Made by a program: the position numbers and the translations under genes. Positions 35,908 to 48,830 of a stretch of 64,000 nucleotides of DNA are shown here, piece after piece. The notes below the pieces were generated by a model, which had not been told where the DNA came from, did no database searches, and worked only from the letters and a program-made list of their open reading frames with translations. How positions within the stretch are numbered: position 1 is the first letter of the stretch; the number at the start of each line of letters is the position of its first letter. This DNA comes from Chiloscyllium plagiosum (taxonomy: Eukaryota): contig NC_057719.1 in assembly GCF_004010195.1 (NCBI RefSeq), positions 43,103,789 to 43,167,788 of the forward strand. The letters are read 5' to 3'.

Positions 35908-38900
35908 ATGGCTAAGTGGCTTATTAAATGTACACCTGGAACATTAAGGGAAGTCATTCGCCTATTAAAAGGAAAAAAGTGCTTTCTAGTCTTAAAAAGG
36001 AAAGGGATGATATCGCTTTGTTGCAGGAAACCCATCTTGATGATGGGGAACACCTGAAACTATAACAGGGGGGTTATGACCGGGTATTCTTTTCATCCTT
36101 TACTACTAAAAGTAAGGGAGTAGTCCAGAAAAATCTTCCGTTCACATTATTAGAGCAGGTGAAAGATGAGCAGGGACGGTTTGTGATACTTAAAGCCCTG
36201 ATACATGGGGAGGAATATGGCATTTTAAATGTCTACTGTCCTCCGTCACATCCCCTCAAATTTAATTAGTGCTTTCTCTAAGTTGAGTGCTTTTGGAACA
36301 CGGCACATTATTATAGGGAGGGGTTTAATTGTCTTTTGGATCCGACAATGGACAGGATGCCTTGTGGGCCCCCAACTATTTCTTCGCAGGCCAAGCAGGT
36401 GGTTGACTTATGCGAGGAGTTGGGGCTGGTGGATATTTGGAGATGTCTTCACCCTACGGTCAGGGACTTCACCTTTTTTTCAAACCCACATAAATGTCAC
36501 GCAAGGATTGACCTCTTTCTGGCTCCCTCGGCCCTTCTGGATTTGATTATGGGTTGCAAAATTTGGAATATAGCTGTCTCTGATCATGCGGCAGTATATT
36601 TGGAGGTTAAGGCCAAGAGTGAAGGACTAGGTTTGCGGCATTGGCATTTGGACCCCTTTCTCCTTAAGGATTCCAAATTTGTGGACTACTTTTTGAAGGA
36701 GTTTCAGGAATTCTTGACTATCAACTCAGGCACGGCTAGTAGTCCGTCCATGCTATGGGAGACTGCTAAGGCCTTTGCTAGGAGATTAGCTATTTCCTAT
36801 TCGGCTAGCCGGAAACAACAGAAGGAGGAACAACAGCGTCTACTTGAGACGTGGTTGAAAGCCGCGGAGGCAGCACATTTTGCGCAGCCTTCGGTGATTA
36901 AGCTACAGCGGATCACAGCCCTTCGGGCTGCCTTGAATTCAATACTGACACAAAACGCAAAGAAAGAACTTGCTTTTGCTTGACAGAGGCTGTTCGAATA
37001 TGGGGATAGGCTAGGGAAATATTTAGCGTACCTGACTCAGAAAAAGTGTGCTTCCCAATCCATTACTGCAATCAGAGACAGCATCGTATCTTTTTACATA
37101 CGATGCTAAAAAGATTAATGAGGCTTTTCGGAGCTTTTACTCTGAATTGTATCAGTCTGAAGGTTGCGAAGATAGGAGGGCTAAAATGGAGACCTTTTTT
37201 AAGAACTTGGACCTCCCAGGGGTAACCTTGGAACAGGCCTCTCTCCTTAATGCCCCCTTGACAGTTCAGGAAATACAGGAGGCAGCTAGGCAACTTCAGA
37301 GTGGGAAAGCGCCTGGCCCTGATGGTCTTCTGGGTGAGTTTTATAAGGAGTTGATAGGGATTCTGTCAGGACTGATGTTGGAGATGTACAATCACTCCTA
37401 TATGCATGAATGTCTACCACCATCTTTGAGAGAAGCTAATATTTCCCTAATTCGTAAGAAGGGAAAGGTTCCTGAGGATTGTGCCTCATGCAGGCCCAGG
37501 TCCTCTAATAATATTAGAAGGTAGCTGAATGTGGTCCAAGTTTGTCAGCAACGATTGATTCAGGGGTTGGTGATTTCCTTAGATGCAGAGAAAGCATTTT
37601 ACCGGGTGGAATGGCTGTATCTTTTTTATTTCTTAGAACAGTTCGGATTGAGTGGAGTCTTTGCTCGGAGTGTGGAGGTTTTATATCGCCACCCTCTGGC
37701 TGCAGTCATCACCAATGGGGTGAAGTCTTGGAATTTTACGATTGGTTGGGGTAGTCACCTTCTCACCATTGTTGTTTACATTGGTGATAGAGCCGCTGGC
37801 AGAGGCTATTCATCAAAACGTCCACATAACTGCTCCGGAAGTGGGATCGAGGGCACACAAGATTACATTGTACGCGGAAAATGTCCTTCTGTTTTTATCG
37901 AACCCGATCACCTCCGTACCCCATTTGATACAATGTATCAATTCATTTGGGGCTATTTCTGGATATAAGATTAACTTTGCAAAATCAGAGGCAATGCCTT
38001 TGGGGAACCATAAGGATGTGCCAGAAGTTGAAGGTGGCTCTAAGTTCCCTTTTAAGTGGTCACGGGCAGGATTCCGATACCTTGGCATTTTTATTACCCC
38101 CAAGTTTGATCTGTTATTTCAGGCTAAGTTTGCTCACTTGCTCGACAATATTAGGCAGGATCTCCAGAGATGTGAGGCTCTTCCAATTTCATGGCGGGCC
38201 GAATATCTCTCATTAAGATGAATGTTCCTCCTCGTTTGCTTTATCCAATGCGTATGCTCTCTATAATGTCTCCCAGGTCAACACTGCAGAAACTTATGGG
38301 TTGGTTTAGTTCCTTTGTCTGGCATCGTGGGTGGCCCCTCATCAAACTTACTAAATTGCAGTTGCCTCAAGGAGTGGGGGGAGTTGATTTCCCAGACATC
38401 AGGAGGTATCAATTGAGTTCCCTGCTGTCCTTTGTCTGCGATCGGGAAGGTAACGATCCAAAACTCAATATGGCTGGATATTGAGGCCTCCCAAGCAAAG
38501 TGCCCTCTTATTAACCTAGTGTTCATGGATAAGATGAGGATAGTTATGGACCACTGCCGGAAAACCATTGTCATTAGTACAGTCAGGACTTGGAGGGTGA
38601 TGCGTCAGAGTGAGGGTGGTTTATCCAAGACATTGCCACTTACATCTATAGTTGGCATGCCAGGGTTCTGACCAGGGATGATGGACTCAGGGTTCCAACT
38701 ATGGGTAGCGAGAGGAATTTCTAGTTTGGGAGACTTGTTTGAGGGTGAGGTTATGATGTCTTTTGAGCAACTGAGCCGCAAATATGGGCTGCCCAGCAGA
38801 GACCTTTTCCATTTTTTTTCAGGTTAGGAATTTCATCCAGAAGAAGACTACGCTTCTCACTAAGCCCTATAAGCCCGATACAGAGAGGTTGTTGCTAGGT

Positions 38901-39578
38901 TCCACAATCACCCTTTCAGTTAGTGCCCTCTATCGCCTGCCTGGTGGCAGGGCCTGGCAGGATATTAACCGGTTATGTGAGGTCTGGGAGCAAGAGCTGG
39001 GAGTGGAGATCTGTTCTGAAACATGGGAGAACATATGGGAGAATACTCGAAAGATCTCAATCTGTAACAGGACATGCGCTAGAAAGTTAAAAGTTCTGCT
39101 CAGGGCTCATCTGGCACCAGACTGTCAGGCGAAGTTTTAAAAAGGGGCATCTTCAGTGTGCCCCAAATGTAAAATAAGTGTAGGTACTCTTACCCTTAGC
39201 TTCTGGACATGCCACAGGCTCCGTGTTTATTGGAGCGCTGTGGCGGGAGAGATAGGGAGGGGATTGAGGACTGAAATCAAAGTAGACCCGATATCTCTCC
39301 TCTTAGGTCTACCGAATTTACCATCTTTAGACAAGCATGGGAAGAAACTATTTAATATTCTTGCACACTGTGCACGGAAGAATATTCAGATGAACTGGGT
39401 GTCTGAGAACCCGCCGGGCTGGCTGGGCTGGCAGAAATTAATTATGGACCACATTCCCTTGGACTTTTTCACAAACATGGTGCATCACACAACAGACAAT
39501 TTTTATAAGTCATGGCAGCTTTACTTGAGTTATTTGGATATAGATTTATCAGTTATCTTAACTAGGGCATTTGTTTAA
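35908..39578 (+). pseudogene. L1-type ORF2 (AP endonuclease, reverse transcriptase, Cys knuckle), frameshifted
   Basis: WNIKG...LLQETHL, RIDLFL and SDHAAV (endonuclease); GKAPGPDG, ISLDAEKAF, SPLLF and YAEN in place of YADD (RT); CPKC...FWTC. Multiple stops and frameshifts, plus an apparent deletion near 37497. Confidence 0.9.
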
Positions 39579-40357
39579 CCAGGATGATTAGATTTGTCAA
39601 GCCCTGGGCCCTGGAGGGTCTATACACAATGCTCCCGTTCCTTTGTTTGGAAGCCTTGCGCCGAGCATTCTGTATTTCATGGGTTTTTTCGTGGGTTTTT
39701 TTGCTTTTCTTTCTTTTTTTAGTGTTGCTTTGCACAGTGTTAGGGTTTGCTTTTTATTATAGAGTAGGTTAGTAGTTAGTAGATAGTAGTTGTGTTGTAA
39801 TTTGTGTTTTTTTTTATTATACTGATATTTGTGATTGATTGTTTTTTTCAATAATTTTATATGTTTGTAAAGTTAAAAAAAAATTGCTAATATATATATT
39901 TACAAAAAAAAAGAGATGGCTAAATGCTCTCTTTGGAGATGTTCACTGTCTAACACCTCTGTGTCACAAATGTTTCTTGCTGTATATGAGTACAGTGCTG
40001 AATGTTGTCCGTGTCTTGCTGCATCAGTGTCTCAGGAATCATTGAACATTGAATAATCATCAGTGAACATCCTCTCTTCGGTCCTGATGAGGGAATGTCA
40101 TTGATGAAATAAATTGAAGGTGATTGGACCTAGGATGTTACTCTCAGCAATTCTGGTCATGTTGTCCTAGGACTGACCTCTAACAACCATAGCTATCTTC
40201 CTTTTTGCTAGATGTGACTCCAACTGGTGGACAGCTTACACCCAGTTCCCACTGACTCCAGATCTGCTAGAGTTCTTTGATGCTACACTTGGTCAAATGC
40301 TGCCTTGATATCAACAGCAGTCACACCTCGAGGTGTCAACCTGTTCAAGCTACAATA

Positions 40358-40516
40358 CAGAGGAACCTCGATTATCCGGCATTCAATTATCCAATTTTCG
40401 GATTATCCAGCAAGATCACAAGATCCTGATGCTTGACTAAACTATGTTATCCAGCATTCGATTAAACAAATGAAATATTGCCCGCCCATGTCCTTCAGAT
40501 ATTCACAGTTACTCTG
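40358..40516. mobile_element. Tc1/pogo (Tigger-like) MITE
   Basis: TA|CAGAGGAACCTCGATTATCC ... agatattcacagttactCTG|TA: imperfect TIRs, TA duplication and internal attatcc repeats. Confidence 0.65.
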
Positions 40517-40570
40517 TACTTGTGCATCAAACAAGCAGCATACAACAGAGCTAAATGATCACACAACTAC

Positions 40571-41522
40571 CATGTCACATTTCCTTTCATTTCACAGCAA
40601 GTGTGAACTTGTTTGTGAATGTTTGTGTTGGGGATCAGACCTAAACTCTGCAGTCCTGCCATAGTCATGAATGATGGTAAACAATTCAACAACTAACAGA
40701 GGTGAAGTCTCTGCCCTCTCCAATTGGGAAGCCCAGAATATCAGCCAAATGCAAGGCTGAAGTATTTGCATCCATTAGGTGGTTGAACCTAGGATCTTAC
40801 TCAGGGGAAGTTATGTATTGATGCTCTGCCACAGGATGATTGCTCTGATTTCCACTGACTTCAATTTTGCCAGAGATCTCTGATGTCACACATAGGCTGC
40901 ATTGACATTAAGGACTGTCACTCTCACATCAATTCTGAAATTCAGTATATCTTAAGTTAACATTACTAACAGTGAACAAGTTTAATTTTATTTGTGATGT
41001 AAGTGCTTCAGCTAGGCAATGATCAAAACAAGCAGAGGCAGCTACCTGAAAAGTCTATGTGTAACTTTAGCTAATGTTGTTGGACAACCAACCTGAAAAG
41101 GCTGTATGCCTGATGGGCAAACAGCTGTAAAGCTTATTGCACAATGCAAGGTGCTGTAGCAAAATCAAGGTGTAGGAAGCAATATGTGCACAGGTAGAAT
41201 GCATTTAGGGCAGAATTCCACATGTTCAGGACTAGAAGGCATTGCAAACAATTCAGCAGAGCAAAAAGCTGCAAGTATATTTCTCACTACTTGAACAATA
41301 TTTGTATCATTATCTACTGATCCAACAATGAGAAAGTTAAGGTGGTGGGGACGTACTTCATGTGCCAGACAGAAATTGACATTGTACAGCGTGAACTGAG
41401 ATTTCTTATAGTGCACAGCTTGTTGTTCAGCCTGCAGTCTGTGATCCCTACTTATTTTGCACATCATGTCACATTTCATTTCATTTTACAGCAAGTGTGA
41501 ACTTGTTTGTGAATGTTTGTGT
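40571..41522 (+). repeat. 58-bp dispersed direct repeat (40571-40628 and 41465-41522)
   Basis: catgtcacatttc(c/a)tttcattt(c/t)acagcaagtgtgaacttgtttgtgaatgtttgtgt, with two mismatches. Confidence 0.9.
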
Positions 41523-42099
41523 AAAGTGAACTTAAATAATTCTGAAACACTCATTTAGTGTTTTACATTGAAAAGGATATTGAAATACACTCAGAGTGCT
41601 TAGAACTTACACAACTCTTTATCCATTTTGAAAAATACTTTTAATTAGATATACACCTTTCCATCTCCCAAGACAGTGGTTTGCACCTGGGTGTGTAACT
41701 CTTAAGCAGTGCCTAGTGTGGCAGTGGTCAAAGTCTGTCATCTTCATTTCATATCCACGGAGATCCTCATAGCAGAGGTTCAGACCAGGAGTTTGTGACC
41801 CACTTGCCAATTCACCAAACAGCTGTCAGTCATTCAGTATGAAAGTAGCCAAACCATTACAGAATGCCATTAGTCTAGTTATGAGTGTATAGTAATGGAA
41901 AGTGGTGAACTTGTCCTGCCAAAAAAACTTAAGGATGCATCTGAGAAAGCGAAGGTGGAAACTATTCAGGATTTTCTCCTCTGTAACATATGTTGTTTAG
42001 GTCTCATCATTCTCAGGTAGTGTCTCCTCCTCTAACCAAAAACAAATTTTGTGCATCGGTTGGTGAGGTGACAAGTGTTTTCTTTTGTGTTTCATTTGT

Positions 42100-45000
42100 T
42101 TTTTTTCTTCCTGGCAGTCTACTTGGTAATTTAGAATAGCGGGAATGGAGGTTAAGGCAGTTGAATGTTCCTCCTGCAGTTTGTGGGAGGTAAGGGTCAC
42201 TGCTAGTGTCCCTGCTGACCACTTGTGGAAGTGCACTCAACTCCAGCTCCTCCAGAACCGTGTTAGGGAACTGGAGCTGGAGTTGGATAAACTTCGGATC
42301 ATTCAGGAGGCAGAGGGGTTATTGAGAGAAGTTACAGGGAGTTAGTTACTCAACAGCCACATGAAGAAGGTAGATGAGTTACCGTCAGGGGTAGGAAAGG
42401 GAATCAGGGCAGTGCAGGGACCTCTTGTGGTGGTTCCCCTCAACAACAAATATACCGTTTTGGATACCATTGCAGGGGATGACTTACCAGGGGTAAGCAA
42501 TGGGGCACAGGTCTCTGGCCCAGGGTTTGTCCCTATTATTCAGAGGGAAAAGGGAAGAGGAGCAGAGCTTTAGTCATTGGGGACTCCTAGTTAGGGGGAC
42601 AGATAGAAGGTTTTCTGGGAACAACAGAGACTCACGGTTGGTGTGTTGCATTTCAGGTGCCCGGGTTTGTGATGTCTCTGATCGTAATTTCAGGATCCTT
42701 GAGGGGGAGGGGGAACAGCCCCAAGTCATGGTTCACATAGGCACCAACGAGATAGATTTCCCATCTTTCTTCCTACCTAAGGCAGAAATTCAGGGAGCTA
42801 GCATGGAAGCTTAGAGCTAGTACAAACAGAGTTGTCATCTCTGGTTTGTTGCCTGTGCCACATGTTAGCGAAGTGAGGAACAGGGAAAGAGTGGAGCTGA
42901 GCACATGACTGCAGGGATGGTGCATGAGTGAGGATTTTGGATTCTTGGATAATTGAAGCTATTTCTGGGGAAGGTGGGACCTCTAAAAACAGGATGGTCT
43001 TCACCTGAATCTGAGGAGTACCAATATCCTTTTTGGGGGGGGGGTGGAGAAGGGGATTTAAACTAATGCAGCAGGGGGATGGCAACCTGAATTCTAGTTC
43101 CAGTGTACAGGAGGTTGAGAGTAGTGAGGTTGGGGATAGGTTTACAAGGTTGCGAGAGAGCACCAGCAATCAGGATGTTGGTTTGAAATGTGTGTACTTC
43201 AATGCCCAGAGCATCCAGAATAAGGTGGGTGACTTGCAGCATAGGTTGGTACCTGGGATTTCAATGTTGTGACCATTTCGGAGACATGGCTAGAGGAGGG
43301 TCAGGAATAGTTGTTGCAGATTCTGGGATTTAGATGTTTCAGCAAGAACAGGGAAGATGGTAAAAGAGGCGGGGGTGTGGCATTGTTAATCAAGGGTAGT
43401 ATTACAGCATCCACGGAGATCATTTGGGCTGAAGTTAGAAACAGGAAGCGAGAGGTCAGCTTGTTGGGAGTTTTCTATATTCCTCCAAATTGTTCCAGGG
43501 ATGTAGAGGAAAGGATAGCAAAGATGATTCTCGATAGGAGCGAGAGTAACAAAATTGTTGTTATGGGGGATTTTAACTACCCAAATATTGACTGGGAATA
43601 CTATAGTTCAAGTACTTTAGATGGGTCAGTATTTGTTCAATGTGTGCAGGAGGATTTTCTGACAGAGTGTATCAACAAGGCGTGATGCCATATTGGATTT
43701 GGTACTGGGGAATGAACCCAGCCAGGTGTTAGATTTGGAGGTAAGTGAACAATTTGGCAATAGTGATCACAATTCGGTTATGTTTACATTAGCAATGGGC
43801 AGGGATAGATATATACCATAGGGAAAGAGATATAACTAGGGGAAAAGCAATTATGACAATTAGGCAAAATTTAGGATGGGGAAGGAAACTGCAGTGGATA
43901 GACACTCTTGAAACGTGGAGCTTATTCAAGGAACAGCTACTGCGGGTCTTCGATAAGTACATACTTGTCAAGCAGGGAGGTAGTTGTCGAGAGAGTGAGC
44001 CATGGTTTACTAAAGAAGTTGAAGCTCTTGTCAAGAGGAAGAGGAAGGCTTATGTGATGATGAGGCATGAAGGTTCAGTTAGGGGGCTTGAGAATTATAA
44101 GTTAGCCAGGAAAGATCTAAAGAGAGGGTTAAGACGAGCCAGGAGGGGACATGAGAAGTTGTTGGCGAATAGGATCAATGAAAACCCCAAGGCCTTCTAA
44201 AGTTGTTGGCGAATAGGATCAATGAAAACCCCAAGGCCTTCTAAGGTATATCAGGAATAAAAGAATGACTAGTGTAAGGTTAGGGCCAATCATAGATAAA
44301 ATTCGAAAGTCGTGTGTGGAATCGGAGGACATAGGGGAAGCCCTTAATGAATACCTTTTGTCAGTATTCACATTGCCCTTTTCCAATATTACTGAGAATA
44401 CAGGCTAGAAGATTAAATGGGATTGAGGTTGACAGCGAGGAAGTTTTAGCAATTTTGGAAGATCTGAAATAGGTAAGACCCCGGGGCTGGGTGGGATTCA
44501 GCCTCAGATTCTCTGGAAAGCCAGGGAGGAGAATGCAGAGTCTTTGCTTCGATCTTTATGTCATCATTGTCTACAGGAGTAGTGCCAGAAGACTGGAGGA
44601 TAGGAAATGTTGTTCCCTTGTTTAAGAAGGGGAGTGGCAACAACCCTGGTAATTATAGGCCAGCGAGCCTTACATCAGTTGTGGGTAGGGTGTTGGAAAA
44701 GGTTATAAGAGATAGAATTTTTAATCATCTGGAAAGGAATAATTTGGATTAGTCAACACAGCTTTGTGAAAGGTAGGTCATGCCTCACTAATCTTGAGTT
44801 CTTCGAGAAGGTGACAAAACAGGTTGGATGAAGGTAAGGCAGTGGATGTGGTGTACATGGACTTCAGTAAGGCATTTGATAAAGTTTCAAATGGTAGGCT
44901 ATTGCACAAAATACGGAGTTTCGGGATTTAAGGTGATTTAGCAGTTTGGATCAGAAATTGGCGAGCTGAAAGAAGACAGAGGGTGGTGGTTGATGGGAAA

Positions 45001-45973
45001 TGTTCATCCTGGAGCTCAGTTTCCAGTGGTGTGCTGCAAGGATCTGTTTAGTGGCTACTGCTGTTTTCATTTTTATAAATGATCTAGAGGTGGGTATGGA
45101 AGGATGGGCTATTTACCTATCTTATTGTCATCTGCCAAGTTGAGTTGCGAATAGTGCCAAAGGATAAAATGCAGAGCTGGGCTGAGAAGTGGCAAATGGA
45201 GATTAATGCGAAAAAGTGTGAGGTAGTTACATTTGGAAGAAGTAACAGGAATGCAAAGTACTTGGCTTATGGTAAAATTCTTGGCAGTGTAGATGAACAG
45301 AGAGATCTTGGTGTCCAGGTGCAAAAATCCCTGAAAGTTACCACCCAGGTTGATGGGGTTGTTAATAGAGCATATGGTGTGTTGGCGTTTATTGGTAGGG
45401 GTATTGAGGTTTGGAGCTATGAGATCATGCTGCAGCTGTACAAGACACTGGTAAGGCCGCTCCTGGAGTATTGAGTGCAGTTCTGGTCACTTCAATATAG
45501 GAAGGATGTGGAAGGTTTGGAAAAAGGTTCAGAAGAGATTCACTAGGTGTTGCCTAGCATGGAAGGAAGGTCTTACGAGGAAAGACTGAGGGAACTGAAG
45601 CTGTTTTCATTGGAGAGAAGGTGGTCGAGAGGTGACTTAATCGAGATGTAGCAGGTAATCAGAGGGTTAGATAGGGTGACAGTGAGAGCCTTTCTCCTCG
45701 AATGGTAAAGGCTAACAGGAAAGGGCAGAGCTTAAATTGAAGGGTGATAGATTTAGGACAGATATCGGGATAGTTTCTTTACTCAGAGTAGTAGAGGCGT
45801 GGAATGGTCTGCCTACAACAGTTGTAGACTCGCTAACATTAAGGGCATTGGACATATATATGGGAAATAATGGAATGGTGTAGGTTAGATGGACATCAGA
45901 TTAATTTTGCAGGTTGGCACAACATCGAGGGCCGAAGGGCCTGTACTGTACTGTAACGTTCTATGTTCTATGT
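42100..45973 (+). mobile_element. Near-full-length CR1-clade LINE (ORF1 zinc finger/leucine zipper + SGNH esterase; ORF2 APE-RT), decayed
   Basis: MEVKAVECSSC...LQLLQNRVRELELELDKLR; VHIGTNEI; CVYFNAQSIQNK; MGDFNYPNIDW; VPEDWRIGNVVPLFKKG...NYRPASLTS; LVRPLLEY; 3' tail (ttctatg)n at 45959-45973. The 5' boundary is approximate. Confidence 0.9.
44156..44243 (+). repeat. Perfect 44-bp tandem duplication inside CR1 ORF2
   Basis: aagttgttggcgaataggatcaatgaaaaccccaaggccttcta at 44156-44199 and 44200-44243. Confidence 0.95.
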
Positions 45974-46244
45974 AATATGCAGAGAATGCAGGCTTGGTAG
46001 ACACTATTTGGAGCTGTTCCACATTATCTTATTCTGCTTGGACATAATATTTGTAGCTTTTCTGATGCTTCATTTTTACATCAAACGACAGATTGCTGGT
46101 GATTGTGAGCTTATGTATGTGAAGCTATAAACAATCTCCAACATCACATCATCAAAATGGCTAAGTGGCATTATGATAATACCTTAGACCATGCTATGTG
46201 TCTTTTTGATGCTGGTGATCATAGAGGCATTTGTCAGTCTATAT

Positions 46245-46578
46245 GCTAAACCTATGCCCTCTAGTTCTGGACTCCCCCACCCCAGGGAAAAGACTTTGTC
46301 TATTTACCTTATCCATGCCCCTCATGATTTTATAAACCTCTAGAAGGTCACCCATCAGCCTCTGACACTCCAGGGAAAACAGCCGTAGCCTATTCAACCT
46401 CTCCCTATAGTTCAAATCCTCCAACCCTGGCAACATGCTTACAAATCTTTCCTGAACCCTTTCAACTTTCACAACATCCTTCCGATAGAAAGGAGGACAG
46501 AATTACATGCAATATTCCAAAAGTGGCCTAACCAATGTCCTGTACAGCCACAACATGTCCTCCCAACTCCTATACTCA
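46245..46578 (-). mobile_element. CR1 RT C-terminal fragment
   Basis: ERVQERFVSMLPGLEDLNYRERLNRL...GDLLEVYKIMRG. Confidence 0.85.
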
Positions 46579-46579
46579 C

Positions 46580-48830
46580 CAAAATGGAAGGACTTTTAGA
46601 GAATTATAACCATCACATCCACTATTTCTATCTGGCTTCTTCTTTTAGGGTGCTAAGATCGAAGCCATCAGGGTCAGGGTTAAGTGAGCAAAACTGAACA
46701 GTTTCCATTCCTACTTAGATGTTAGTAGATACCCCCTGTAGATCTTGAAGGCATATTCCAGCAGCAAACACAAGATAGTGTCAAAGACCATTAGTGTCAG
46801 AATGCAACATTGTTAACCCTATTGTGGATTTCAAACAGTTTAGATTTGTCTCATCATAGTTACCTTACTCATTGCTATATTGTTATGAAATGAAGACATC
46901 ATACTGAATAGCTCAACTGGCAACTAATTTTCGCCAGCGGCTTAAATAGACCATGCCGTCACACATAGACAAATGTCTTCGTGAAATTGACGAAGTCAAC
47001 GTATATGGGTCCCTTTGTTCATATAAATTTTTCTAAACAGCTGTCAAACTAAAATGGGCATGTCAAATCTACAAATAGACTTCTAAAATAACACAGATTC
47101 CAGACAGATGTGTTCAACTAAGATCTTCAATCTGACAAGGGCAACATGGGTAAATACGTTTCCCACAATACTCAGCAGGGAAATGTGTTGATCCATGTTG
47201 CAATTACTGCAGTTGCCACTGTTCTTGTGATTAGTCATAGAGTCACAGAGATGTACAGCTTGGAAACAGACCCTTTGGTCCAACCCGTCCATGCGGACCA
47301 GATATCCCAACCCAATCTAGGCTCACCTGCCAGCACCCGGCCCATATCCCTCCAAACCCTTCCTATTCATATACCCATCCACATGCCTCTTAAATGTTGC
47401 AAATGTACTAGTCTCCACCATTTCCTCTGGCAGCTCTTGTGTATCCTATGGCACTGTCGCCCACCATCCAGTAAAGCCAGAGATGTTCATGTGACTACTG
47501 CACAAGCTTCAATTTCTCATGCTTCACGTATTCAGATGGTATAGCATCGGTTTCTGGAGCTTTGCCCATGGGAAGAAGGTCAATAGTCCAAGGATGTGCA
47601 AGTTAGGTGAATAGGCCACGCTAAATTTCCCGCCTCAGGCGACTGACTGTGTGGAGTTTGCACGTTCTCCCCGTGTCTGCGTGGGTTTCCTCCGGGGGCT
47701 CCGGTTTCCTCCCACAGTCCAAAGATGTGCAGGTCAGGTGAATTGGCCATGCTAAATTGCCCGTAGTGTTAGGTAAAGGGGTAAATGTAGGGGTATGGGG
47801 GGTTACGCTTCGGCGGGTCGGTGTGGACTTGTTGGGCCGAAGGGCCTGTTTCCACACTGTAAGTAATCTAATCTAATCTAAATTACCCTGCAGTGTCCAG
47901 GGATATATAGGTTAGGTGCCTTAGCCATGGGAAATGCAGTGTTATAGGGATAGGGTCTGGGTGGGATGCTCTTCGAAGGGCCATGCAGACTTATTGGGCC
48001 GATGGGCTGCTTCCACACTGTAGGGATTCTATGATTCTATGAAGGTGAATAGTTCTACCAAACTTTCCACTGTGATTTGATAGCCTGCTCTCCCATGTCT
48101 GGCAAACTTTCTCTGGTGGCTAGAGCTTCCTTTATGACAGTGTTTTCTCTAAAGTACAACACAAGATAATGTTACATCCAATTCTCCACTTTGTTGCAGG
48201 TGATGACCTCCCCTGCCTTTGTTTTCAATGCAGCTGGTTTCTGTACCGATGGACTGGTACCTTTTAGGTCTGTTTATGCATACCCCTGATATTTGCTGCA
48301 TCAAAGACCAACTGGATATTCTGGAAGATTTGTAACTAATAGTTACTAGTAGAGCCTCTAGCAGTTTGTTTGATTAAACTTCAATTTGCTCTTAGTGCAT
48401 TCAGACTTTTATCATTCAGGTTCCTATTGTAACTACTGAGAGCCAATCACCAATAATGACTCCATCACAGTTATGTTAGCCTTTATGTAGGCATTACTTT
48501 TTGCCCTTGCTTCTCAAATGTTGTGTTTATTGTAAATGGAATTGAAGTGTGTTCCTTTAAGCTTCTACACACTATCTGGAAATGTTGGACAGCATCTGTT
48601 CAATTGAATCACAGAATTTTGTTTTATCTGGTAGATAGAATGGCTGATATTGATACAAGGACAGCATTTTTGCTTTGAATGAAAATTTTTCAAATGTTGC
48701 ACCCTCACCTGAGTGCTGTGGCAGCTGCATGTACTGAGAGTTCTGTTCAGAGAGTCATATCTGGTGATGGTTAGATTTAGCTGGTACCAATGCCGTGATC
48801 TTGCATGTCTCCAGGACATCTATGGCATGG
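46580..48830 (-). mobile_element. Old RTE-clade LINE remnant with nested CR1 (47234-47435) and SINEs
   Basis: HKNSGNCSNCN...ISLLSIVGNVFTHVALVRLKILVEHICLES matches the RTE-type K.GD..DC.NYRGISLLS..GK.F..V.L.RL......PES region. Boundaries are approximate. Confidence 0.62.
47584..48041 (+). mobile_element. Two nested 5'-truncated V-type SINEs (young copy ~47629-47880 inside an older copy)
   Basis: The inner copy keeps many CpGs and ends in (aatct)n. The host is interrupted at ctaaatt, which recurs at about 47878, and ends gattctatgattctatg. Confidence 0.82.

Larger units (their letters stand above)
34274..39912 (+). mobile_element. Near-full-length L1/Tx1-clade LINE (inactive)
   Basis: 5'UTR, ORF1, ~590-nt T-rich spacer, ORF2 (APE-RT-Cys), T-rich 3'UTR and A-tail at 39904-39912. 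9-bp TSD gagatggct at 34265-34273 and 39913-39921. Confidence 0.93.
32690..40330 (-). mobile_element. Same LINE family as 60740-63705, on the minus strand, fragmented by Penelope and L1 insertions
   Basis: 3' tail at ~32695-32760. The host sequence resumes across the insertions at 32778, 33705 and 34274, and continues from 39913 to 40330 (gccttgatatcaacagcagtcac). Confidence 0.7.
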
